Origin: a virus
Taxonomy: Duplodnaviria > Caudoviricetes
Reading direction: 5' to 3' (one strand)
Length of the DNA stretch: 64,000 nucleotides
IMG/VR virus record: IMGVR_UViG_3300028888_000057
Shown here one piece after another: positions 20,501 to 32,500 of this stretch. Position numbers and translations under genes: made by a program. Each line of letters opens with the position of its first letter. Position 1 is the stretch's first letter. The notes below the pieces were generated by a model. The model had not been told where the DNA came from and searched no databases. It saw nothing but the letters and a program-made list of their open reading frames with translations.

Positions 20501-23500
20501 ATCGTTCTGTTCAAGAAGTGAGTTAATCTCTTGAGTAGTATTTAAAGCATTCTGAGTTTGACCTTTGGAATTATAATAATCTCTCAAAGACTCCAACTGA
20601 GTAACATGTTTATTGTTACGTTCTTCAATCTCTTTATAAATATTTTCCTGTTCTTCGAAGAGCTTATTATACGATTCGGTATCTTCATTAAGATCGGCTC
20701 TCTCCATTTGAGAACTGATCATGTTTAATCTGTGAGTATACGGAATCGCTTCATTCTGCTGATACTGTCTTTGAACGTCTAATCTTGTAGCATCTAGCGT
20801 TATTCTATCGTTGACACTCTTGGCAATCTTTTCTGTTAAACTATCTCTTTCTCCAACAAGATCTCTATATCTGTCCGATTCTCCGTTACGCAGATATTCA
20901 TCTTCCATAGCAGAGACGATTTCAGCCCTCCGTCTCCTGTCTTCGGATTCAATATCGTTTATGCCAGTAAGCTGCTTATCAATCTCACCCAGCGCAGCTT
21001 CTGGATCGTTCACATTCATATAGAACGTATAATCGATCTCAGACATAGTTTGCTTATGTTGCAACAGCGTAGAGTTGTACTCATACAGTTGTTTCTGTTG
21101 AGCATCCATCTTGGCATAGAGAGCATCTACGGCTTCAGCTACTCCAGCAAAAGCTTCCTGCGCAGCCCAAAGTGATTCTGTCAATTTGTTCCAGTCATCA
21201 GATCCTTCTTTGGTACTTCTGCGCATGTTCTCAATCTCTTGGATATTCTTTTGATACTGATCTGCTAATCTTTGTTGGACTTGAATTTGCTGATTGACAT
21301 TATCACGATACGCCGCATCATCATTATAACGATCATAATTCTTTTCTTGAATCTCAAGCATCTTTTGATCGTGTTGGATAGCAGATACATCGAACTTTTG
21401 TTTTTCAAGGAGTTTGTCAGCTGCGGACTTGCCGCCGCCGCCTCCACCACCGCCACGACCATGATACTTTCCGTTTGCATTTTTAGAGATTAATGCCTTT
21501 AAGTTGATCTTTTCTTTTCCTTCTTCTTGTACGAAAGTTAAAGAAGCAAGATCTCCAGCATATGCTTCCAGGCGTGCAATTGCTTCTTCAACAGCTGCAC
21601 GAGCAGTATCATCAAGCGCATCTAGATTCAACGTTCCGTCTGGATTAACAGTGATGTTGCTTAAGTCATAATTTAAAGATAAGTCGTCGACCATGCTGTC
21701 CCAGATTGCTTGGAAGTCATCTGTAGCAGCTTCGTTAACAGCGTCTTCAGCGCCATCTAACAACTCAGCCAGTCGATCCTTAGAAAGCTGTTTAATCTCA
21801 TCGGAACTTATTTCCGGGAACAGGCTATCGATAAACCCAAGTGTTTTAGTATCTAATTGTTTACCTGATTTGCCTTGAGCTTTGGATATTGCAGTCATTT
21901 GATCTTGGAAACCTTCAATGTTCTTACGAATCATTTCGGTTCCTTCAGATGCATCTTTGCCGCCCTTCTTTATTTTAGAAAGAGCCGACGCAAGATTTGC
22001 AGAACCTTTACTGAACTGCGTAACATCTTTCAGTTTATCTTCGTTGACCTGCTCGTTGTATTTTCTTAAAGCTTTCTCAGCTGTATTGGCAGAAACACCC
22101 TCAGATTTAAGAATGTTTGCGAGCTCATCAGAATGATCAAGTGAATTAAAAGCATTTATTTCAGCCGCGTACTGCTCTTGATTCTGCATCCAGTCACGAT
22201 AAGTATCAATCATATTCTGACCGGACATGTTACCGCCGAACAGACTGTTCATCGTGGCCCGTTGAGTTTCAGGTGATGCTTTTCTTCCATACAGAGCGTT
22301 ATAATATGCATCATTAATCATATCTTCTGTAATGGCAGAACCTTCTTGTCCGAAGGAGTTTACCATATACAGAAGACCGTTATCTATCGAACCCCAGTCG
22401 ACATTCTTGTTTTGCTGAAGCGCAGAAACACGTTCACTAAAGGACGCTTCTCCACCTTCACCCCACAGCGTATTGTAAACTTCTGACATTGCAGCGCCGC
22501 GTTTACGTGTAGACTCAAGCGAAGAACTCGCAATATCCGATAATGATTTATACGTATTGTCGCTATGAACACCATTTTTTGCTTCGTTGATCGCATTAAG
22601 GAACGGTTCAATAAGCTCACGTAAATCTTCAGGCACTTGATCTAAAGACGAAATGATATCGTCTAAAGACATAGTATCAAAATCAAGAGAAGTTAATAAC
22701 TCTTCAGGAAGAAGTTCGGTTGCAAGTTTCTGATAGAACTCTTTGACTTTATCGTTAATGGCAGTTTGCAGTTCGCCTTCCTGACCGTTCTGAAGCATTT
22801 CATCTACTTGTTCATCAGACAGTCCGAGAAGAGAAGAGATGTATCCACGGTTCTCAGCCGTGTTTCCTCCTTCTAATCCGTATTGTGCTTGTTGCAAAGC
22901 ACGCATCGTATCACTATAACCGCTAATTAAACCTAACTGTTCCGCAAAGGAACCGTTAGTGAAGATATCCCGAGCCGAGACAATCTGCTGGGCGTTTTCG
23001 CGAACATAACGAGATGCGCTCATGTTGAGCTGTTCGGTTAACTGTTGACGGTCAGCTTCACGTTCATTTTGTGAAGCTTCGAGATCGGCAAGTTCTTTCG
23101 CTCTTCGCATTTCAGCAGAACCGTATACGGCAGTTCCACCAGCAGATACAGCTTCTCTGTTTCGTTCAACCATCCGTCTGAATTCAGTACCGTAAGTACT
23201 CATTGACTGAGCGGCCGTATCATACAGGTTCTTATCTTCAAACTGATCTCTGCTAAAACCATTCAAGATTCTGCGTTGAGCTTGTGCTATATCAGTCTGT
23301 GAATAATGCTGTTGAGCATTTAAGAACGGATTTACCTGATCGATATTTGCACCTTTTCCGGTATACGTATATTTTCCTTGCGTCATATCCCAGAAAAGCT
23401 GCGTCATCTTATCGTTAATCTTTCCGCTGCTTTGACCGACAACATCACCGTTTGAGAGAACATTGAATCCATATCGATCCATGAACTTAACGGCGTCTTC

Positions 23501-26500
23501 GTAAGAATAAAGCGCATCGGTTATTTCGTATCCATTTTGCTTAGCCCAATCAGCAGCCAGTTCAACTTGTCCTAATCTTGCAAGTTCGTTTAACGTCCCA
23601 GCAAAAGCTTCTCTATCATTCTCAGCCATTAATTCCGCACGTCGTAATGATCCAGCTCTATCTTTTTGAATTTCGATATCGCTAATACCATATGCACGCA
23701 TAGCAGCATTTTGCTCTTCGTACGTTCCGTTTTCAAGCATGAGAGCCCGTTGCTGATTTTCGTGCATCTCAGATCCGAACTGTAGCTGAGTCTTGATACT
23801 TACATTTCCGTTTTTCTGTAAATCTTCAAGAAGTTGAGTAGTGCCTTGAACAACTTTTCCGGCTTCTTCAAGCTCTGAAATACCAGAAATATTAAGCTTA
23901 ATCTGAATATTGCGATCAAGATTTATACCTTCTTGTTCTTCGGCCCGTTGTTCAGGTTTCATTTGCAGAAGACTAATAATTTCTGGATATTTACTTTGAA
24001 TAGCTGACCATTCGTCAGTAGTCCAGCCTTCTTCGGTCATTACTGTTTGTGCTTCGGCCAAAGATTGGAAGTTTCTACCATAAAGATTACGAGCTAGATC
24101 GGTAGCTTCTTTATTTGTTATTGTACGGCCAGTGCCGACTTTAATTCCTTTTTCGGCTAATGTTCGTGCAACATAATCTTGCAAATCGGCATCTGTTGAA
24201 AGCGTTCTATTTCGTGCAGCTTCAACAATTCTTTGTGTTTCCTGTTCTCCGAAGAAATTTTGAAACACTTTAAAAAGCTCGGAATAGTTGCCGTTTTCTT
24301 TAGTAAAATCTTCAACAAAATTTGGATTGCCTTGAAGAGCATTAAACATCAACGAAGAGATTGCCTTAGAAGTGTCTTCTCCGTTTAACATTGCAGCTGC
24401 AATACTTTGATAATCGCTCCACCTCACACCACTACGAATCTGACGATGCGAAGCTTGCTCCAACTCGTACAATAAAGGATTGTCTCTCTGAACGTTGCTT
24501 AGTTCCGCGCCTTCAGCAAGAAGATCGTAAATATCGAATAAAGATTGCTCGGTATTTGCTTCTAATACTCTATTTAAATATCTGTTTCTAGCTTCTGTTT
24601 TGGCTAATGCTGGCTGCCGTTCTTGTGTTACAGTTTGAGTTGATTTCTGTGCTGTTGAAGGATAAACAGGAGTTCCATTATTTTTTATTTTCGTTAATGC
24701 AATATTATTATCTCTCGCATATTTTTCTGCGTCTTCTTGATTCCAGAATGTTTGATTGACTCCTTGTATTGTATAAGGAGCATCTGTCTCAGAATAAGAT
24801 TTAATTTCATTTGCTGCATTAGATAAATTATCGTAATCGAATGTTTGAGCAAACCAATTTGAAAGAGCGTATTCGTTAAATTCTCCTTCGTCATTAAGCC
24901 AACTGTAACTTTGACCATTTCTTGTGTATTCGCGTTTAAAGTTTCCATTTTCATCATAAAGTTGACTCGTCAGCAAGGTTCGAAGACCAGACTCAATAAC
25001 TTCAACGGAAGTGTTACCTAAAGAAGCAACCTGTTCTAATGTGCCACTTGTTTTATAACTGTTAATCGCATCATCAATAACTTGTTGGATATTCTGCTTC
25101 CTTTGCTCTTGATTTCTTGCTTCCGTAAAATTACCAGAGAAAAATTGATCCAGAACGTATTCATAAGCGTTCGATATTCTATCAAGTACACCTTCGTTTT
25201 CTAAATCCAACGACTGCGTTCCGTCGAGCCACTGCAATATATCTTCATATCTAGAATCGCTTAAGAATGTTTTTAAACTGTTGCGATATTTTCCTTGGTC
25301 ACTTGACCACAATCGTTTGAAAACATTGGCGCGTCTTTTTCGAGCAAGATTTTCATCCTCACCCTCTACTAATCCTAACCAGCCACCATCTCTAAAGTTT
25401 ATAGACATGGCCTGTTCTTTTGTCAGGTCATCACTAAAATTAACACCTTGCCCACGAATAAATTGTTCATTACTTAACGCGCGCTTAAGGCCGATTTCAA
25501 ATTCACTTGCTCGGCTTTCTGTAATATTTTCACCTTCGAGAGTTCTGTAATTCTCAGGAAGATAATCTCTTACATATTGATTTGCATTATCAACATTTTC
25601 TTTATCTGCATCTTTTTTAAACTTTTGAGCAGTATCTTCTGCTGATTTAACGGCTTCTTCCCAACCAGAAAGTTTTTCAATAGCACTCTGCACTGAATCA
25701 GAAACATTAGGAAATACTTTTGCCAAATCTAATAAAGCAGCCCGGAGATTATTTCCCGCCGTAGCTTTCGCAGCTGCATCAGTTTTTTCATTAAGCGAAT
25801 CGTATACTTTTCCTAATTTCTTAACTTCATCAATTGCATCCTGCTGGGTTTTTACATCGTTATCATTATAAGACTTTGTTGTCCCTAATGTTTCAAGAGC
25901 TTTCGCGTTCTTCTTTTCAAATTTTTCGCGTTCTGTTTCTGTTGATCCGAGTCCGGCAAGTAAATTTGTTCCGTATGAAGCAACCGCAAATCCACCAAGT
26001 GCGGCTAATATCGTAGCTATTCCAGCCAATGGTCCAAGTTTAACAGAGTTCAACGCAACTGCAATCGCTGCAATACCAGCTGCAATACCACCTAAGATAG
26101 GAGCAGCATTTGATCCATTTGCTATATTTTGCAAGAACCCTGACAACAAATCGAGAACATTTGTAATGTCTCCTCCGTTAACAAAGCTCTCTACGACAGC
26201 GTCCCAAGAACTTCTAACGGTATCCATCGATGCCGCAAGGCTCTGCATGGCAATCTCATACTTACTTTGAGTTACGCCTTCAGATCCTTCTGCCAGCCCC
26301 AAGTACTTCTCCAATGTAGCACCGTTATCTTCAGACATACCTTCCATCAATGTAGAGAAGATGTTTGTCTGACGAGTACCAGCCATTGCGTTGGTAACAA
26401 TGGACTTCTGAGCGTCGCTTAAGTTCTTCCAGACTTTGGACAAGTCTAACATTACATCGTAAGCAGATCTCATCTGTCCGACTGTTTTGTTATCCCAGAG

Positions 26501-29500
26501 ATCAACACCTACAGCAGCAAGTGCAGCTTCAGCGTCGGAAGCAGTCGTCTTCTCACCGTTTTGATCGGCTGTGTAGCCTGTAAGGCTCAGCCTTCTCATG
26601 CGGGAGAACACTGTCTGTAAGGCTGTACCGACCTGGGTACCGCTTAACTGTGTATCGGAAGTACCGATAGTAAGTAAGGCTGTTAACTCTTCGTAGGATA
26701 CGCCTGCAACTTTGGCAGAAGCAGCAGCTTTCTGCATACCTTTACCAATCTCAGCCGCAGTTGTAGCAGCAGAGTCACCTAACGCTACCAGCGCGTCCAT
26801 CGCTGCTTCGGCAGAAGGAACTAAGTCATTCTGTAATGCAGTAGTGATAATCTTGGTAGCTTCAGCAACATTAAGCTTAGTGACGGTAGCAAACTTGATA
26901 ATAGATTCTGTACGGTCAGCTACTTCTGTGTCGGATAAGCCTTGACGATAAAGTGCAGCTTCGGTAGTAGCTACGTTAGAAACAGAGGTTCTGAGACCAA
27001 TAGCACGATTAATCGTTCCGGTACGCACGTCACGCATTTCGCCGTTGGACTTCATGGTGATGGCTTGGATCTCGTTCATGGAAGCGTCAAATTCTTTTAC
27101 AAAGCGCTTTGTTTCTTGAAGAGCTTTTTGGAAGAGTTGACGACCAAGACGTTGGGCAACCATACCGATTGCTTGACCTAATTCTCCGAACACAGCCTGA
27201 GCTGTTTGTCCGCCGCTGGTCAGTTGATCAAGTTGACTCTTTGCTTCTTGAGAAGCTTTATCTAAGTTCTTTAGCTGTTGAGTGGCTTGATCATATCCAA
27301 ACTGCGCAGCATTAATCTTTTCCTGATCTCCAGATTTTTTTGCAATCTCCAGTTGTTTAGTGTAGTAATCCTGATTACGCTGAGCATCTTCTTTTTGACG
27401 ATCGATAGAGTAGACTTGCTCTCTTGCATTCTCTCTGCGTTGTTCAACTCCGTAAAGAGCTTGAGCAATACGGGAGCGGCTGTAACGCATTTGTTGTTGC
27501 CGATTCGCTTGACTGAAAGCACGTTGCATATTATGAACGCGAATATCGCCTTGCATTGCAGAAGACGTCAAAGCATTATCTCTTTGTAGTTGACGTAAAA
27601 TTTGATTATTATCATATTGCTCTGTAATGCGCTGCTCTAAGATTGGATCAGTATTAGCAAGTAATAATGCTTCTTGTTCAGAATACCGTTTCGCTCTACG
27701 AAGCTTTTCTGCTCTAGCGTTTCTTGAAGCTTTAGCTTGAGCCAAACGATATTGTATTTCTTCGTCTCTCGTCATCGAGCGACCTTGCAATTGAGCATCA
27801 AGCTGATATCCTTCTGCGTCAAGTTGAAGATTCCGTTGCTCTCTATTAAAACTTACTTGTTCTCTTGCTCGAGCTTTTATTCGTCTATTGGAATATTCTT
27901 GTTCGAAAGCATTTCGATCAAAATCAGGGTCATTTATGTGTTCTGCTTTATAACGATCTCTCTGTAATTTCATTTGATCATACATTTGATCAAATTCTTC
28001 TTTTGCCGAAAAATCCTCACCACTAAATAATGTATCTAGATTGCGCTTAGAAACACGTGTTTGAGCATTTTTCATCACTTCTCTGAAATATTCATCTTCT
28101 CTATTTCGCTTTGAATATTGATCCCATAAATCCTTATTATCAAGTATTTTATCATATTCGTTCCGAAGAGGATCGTCCAGTCCCAAAACGTCTCTTTGAG
28201 CAGTAATCTGATCTTTTAATTGTTGGACTTTTATATCAGCTCTATCAGTCGAAGATAAGTTGCCGTTTGTTAGTTCCCGTTGATATTTGGCTAACTGATC
28301 AAAACGTTGACGGTTCAATCTTGCTAGCATATCATCAGCTTGAGAATTAATTTTATCAACTTTAGTTTCTTCTTCTTTTGACATAATCGAAGAAGCGTCT
28401 CTTGTATAATCAGGCATTAATCCAGTACGCTGAAATTCTTCATATAAAATCGCGTCTGATTCTTCTTGTGTTAACTTATTTCCAGCTACAGCAACTCTTC
28501 TTTGTTTTCTCCAATTTTCTACAATCTCTTCTGGCGTTTGAGTTATTAATCCTAAGCGTTGTTGAAGATCGCGCTGAACAATTGCTTCTGGCTTATCACT
28601 TTCGAGGAATGAATCAGCTTGCTGTATTCTGTCTTGTCTATCTTTGATTATTTTTGCATAAGCTTCAGCTTCATCTTCTGTAATGTCCGGATTTACTATT
28701 TTTTCACTTGCTTCCTTAATTTCATTTGACCAGTTATCTATCTTTTGCTGAATTTGCTTTCTTTTATCGGCAAATGCCGCTTCAATCATTTCCGCCGGAT
28801 CTTGTATTTCACCGATGAGACTTGACCAGTCTGCATCTTGAGCTTCTTTGTCAGATTTTAAATAACGGTCAAGTGCCGGTTTTATCTCTTCCATTGCCAC
28901 TTCTTCAGCGTCAATCGAATCTAAAAATCTCTTTTTTTGTTCTCTTGCGACTTCAGCAAGTTTAGTATTATCTGAATCAACATTGAATAACTCAGCTTGT
29001 TCTTCAGGCGATAAATATGCATCTGCAAGTTCTTTGTATTCACCAGTTGGACCCATTTTTGTAATATAGCCACGGTAAATACTTTCTCCGCCAACTTCCA
29101 TCTTTTTAATGAAGTCTCGACTGCTTTTAGCAGCCAACAATCTACTAGTAACACCAGACAGTGTTTTCATAGTGTTCGATCTTTGGACTCCATTTAGACT
29201 ATTTGTGATATCTTCTCCCGCTTTATCCCAGTCTGTCACAGCGGCTTCAGAACCCAATTTATCAATTTGAGAAAGCAATCTTAACTTTTGTCTTATATCG
29301 TCTGTTAATTTTTCTCTTACTGGAGAATCAGAATCGTATCCATAAGCAACAGCATTGACTACTTCTTCTGGAAGAACTTCCATAAGTTTATTTCGGTAAT
29401 TTTCGAATCGATTAAACTTTCTTTCCGGTAGATCCATTTCACGGAAAATGCTGCTTCGAATCTGATTCATAGTTTCAAGATCGCTTGGATATCTAGACAA

Positions 29501-32500
29501 GAAAAACTCTCTGTCTTTTTGAGACATATCTCTATGATTTTCCTGAGCTCTAGACGTATATTCTTCGGCTTGACGCTTTTCTCTAGACTCTCTAGCTATC
29601 GCAGCTGCATAAGCGCGGCCTTCGTCATCTAATGTTTTTGCGTCAATCATTTTATGCTCCATTGCATATTGAACATCTTTTTCGACTTCTGCAAAAACGG
29701 ACTCATTATCCGCTCTTCTAGCTAAGATATGCGCGTCTTCTCGAGGATTATATCCAATTACACCACCAAGATCAGATACATATTTTTTAGCTACATCGTC
29801 CCAGTGCCCAACTCCAGCAAATGCCTTATATGAAGTTGCATTTGTTTCAGGATTCGGAGAATGCAAATTTTCATAATATTCCTGAGCATATTTGTCCATG
29901 ATGGAATTGTAGAAAATAGACTGAATAAGAGATTCAGCTGCTCCTTCTGCGCTAGACTTATAGTCTATTGTATATAGCAATCCATCATTTTTATTTCGAA
30001 GCATTAAGTCCGGTTTCGCGTGTGTCCGTTTTGAAGTGTCATATCCGACAATCTGGCCGTCTTTATCTCTTATTGGTATTTGAATGTTGAAATCTTTTTG
30101 CATCGGGATTGCGCCGAGGCTTTCTCCGTTTGGTCCATAACTATAAAAATCTCCTTCAACATTCACAGGACGTTCAGTGTCGAAGCCAAGATTATTTAAA
30201 GACTTAATAAACTTAGCTGATGATGAAACTGGATTATTTTTAGTCGGAAGTATTTTATTTAATTTTTGAACAGCTGTGTTACTTCTATCGCCTTTTACTT
30301 CAAATAAAGGCTTTTCACCGTCTTTGCTGATTCTCGATATGTTTATCCCGTATTGGTTTAATTTATCATTATATCCGCCAATATAAGCATCAGTATAAAA
30401 ATCATCTATAGATCTTCCATTTAAAGTTCCATCGGCCGCTGCTTTAAAATATTGCTCGAACGCCCCATGCATCAATAAACCTTGAAGGGTATGCTCGTTT
30501 TCAAACGGTTGATTTCGTAGTTCTGCTTGAGCCTGTAAGATTTGATCAGCAAGATTATTAAAGCTTTTTATTGTCGTTTCGGTGTTTCTTGCACCAGATG
30601 GAGTAAACTCAGTTGTATTTAGTCTATATTCTTTATCTGGCATCCAGTGCTTAAATGATGTCCAATTCATTTGAATATGATCATCATCCCAAACGCCGTT
30701 TTTTAATCTCTCTTCCTCTGCTGCTTTCTGAGCTTCTTCTTCTGCTTTCGCGTCATATGAAGTAATCTTCGCTTGTTCTTTTATTGCATCTCGGACCGCT
30801 GAATCAACAGCTTTGTCACTCTGCCTTTTGCTTTGATGCTTCACAAGACGATCAATTAAACCAAACCTGTCTCTATTTTCTTCAACGTTGTTTCCATTCG
30901 CTATTTCTGTTAAAATACGATCTCTTTCAGTTTGAAGGTTTTTAACAGTAAATCCTTCTCCGCTTTCAAGTTCGTGAATGCGACGAACAAATCTATTGTA
31001 TTTTTTATACTCTTCTTCGTCTGTTGAAACATTTCGACCGCTTAAACTGGCCTCCCAACGTTGTGCAATATCGTAACCATTTACGATATCTTCATCTGTC
31101 ATAGCTCGACCAGTCATCATTTCAGAGAACTTTTTAGCGTACCATCTTGTGGCTTGAGCTTCAGATGACGCGGATTTTCCGTATTTGCGTTCAATTAAAC
31201 GGTTTACATTATTGTTAAAATCGGAGAAATCTGTTGAACCGTTTTCATAATCTATTGCTCGCAAAGCAACAGCAAGTGCTCCTTGAGGGCCTGAAATAGT
31301 CGCGAACTTAACTTTAAAAAGTTGATCAAGAGCTTCTTCTTCTTTTTCGAGATATGGATCTCGACCATCTTCTTCTGCTAACTCATTAAGTTTTGTCACA
31401 AAACGAAGATAGCTTCCGCCATTACTAAGAAAAGATTCAGTATCTTTATCGAGTTTGAGTTCTTGACCTTTCGTTCTCATATCGGAAGAAGCAAAATCAT
31501 AAGCTTTCATTCCTTTATAAGCAAGCTTCCACTTTTGAGGATCTGAGTCGGGAAGATCCATGGCGTCTCGAATTATTTTCGAAGCAGCGCCCATTGCTCT
31601 CGTTGATTTCTGATAATTCTCAAGAGCTTTAATCCTACTTTCAAGCACATCTCCAGTTTTTGCTTTTGGTTCTTCTATATTACCTTTATAGCTTTCTTCT
31701 TTTTCTATTTCTGCTTGAGCTTCTTGTATTTTTTTGCTTATATAATCCATATGTGCATACGAGGCATCTTCAAGTCCGGCATACATACGGATTGTATCTC
31801 CATCGAAGTCTCCAGTGTTCATTTGATATGCTTGTTGAGTAGTTAAATATATTGCATTATCAAGCTGCTCTTGTGTAATCCCGAATTTTCCTAAAGCTTT
31901 AGAAGCCATGTTGTAAGCAACAATGCGCTGATCTGGCGCATCCGGATTTCTATTAAAAGCAGCACGTTTATTAAATGAAAGATTTTTGCCGCCTGTAGCA
32001 ATTCGACCTGTATTGTTTAATTCAGCCGTTGCTATATTTTGTAATTCTTTAGGTAAATCATCTACTGTTTTTCCGGCGGCTTCTAGTAATGGCTCTAACC
32101 ATGCCATAGGAGTAACAGCTGCTACAAGATCTTTCGCTTTGACTTCGTCCGGAAGAGCTATATAACCAGATCGTTCTTTTTCTTTAAGGCCTCTAATTTG
32201 ACTTTGAATATACGATTCAGCTTCTTTTGAGTAAGCGAAATTAGCATCTTCGTCTAAAAGTCTAGAGTAATACGGGCTTCTTCTTAACGCTTCAATTCTT
32301 CCTTCTGCGCTTTGAAGATGGAAACGTCTTCTCGCAAATTCTTCTTTTGACTTTGCTTGTGTTTTAGCGTCAATCCCTATTGCCGCAGCAGTCTGCTGAG
32401 ACATAATCGTCGGATCCGAAGACAAATCGTATGCTGTTCGCATAACCATCCAATGCGGAGTAGCACGATCATGAAATGCACCTTGTTCCTCAGGAAGCAA

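Noticed and set aside
29900-30690. Calling the nuclease domain a CRISPR Cas4
   Set aside because: No Fe-S cysteine cluster visible and no CRISPR context; only the RecB-family catalytic motifs are supported
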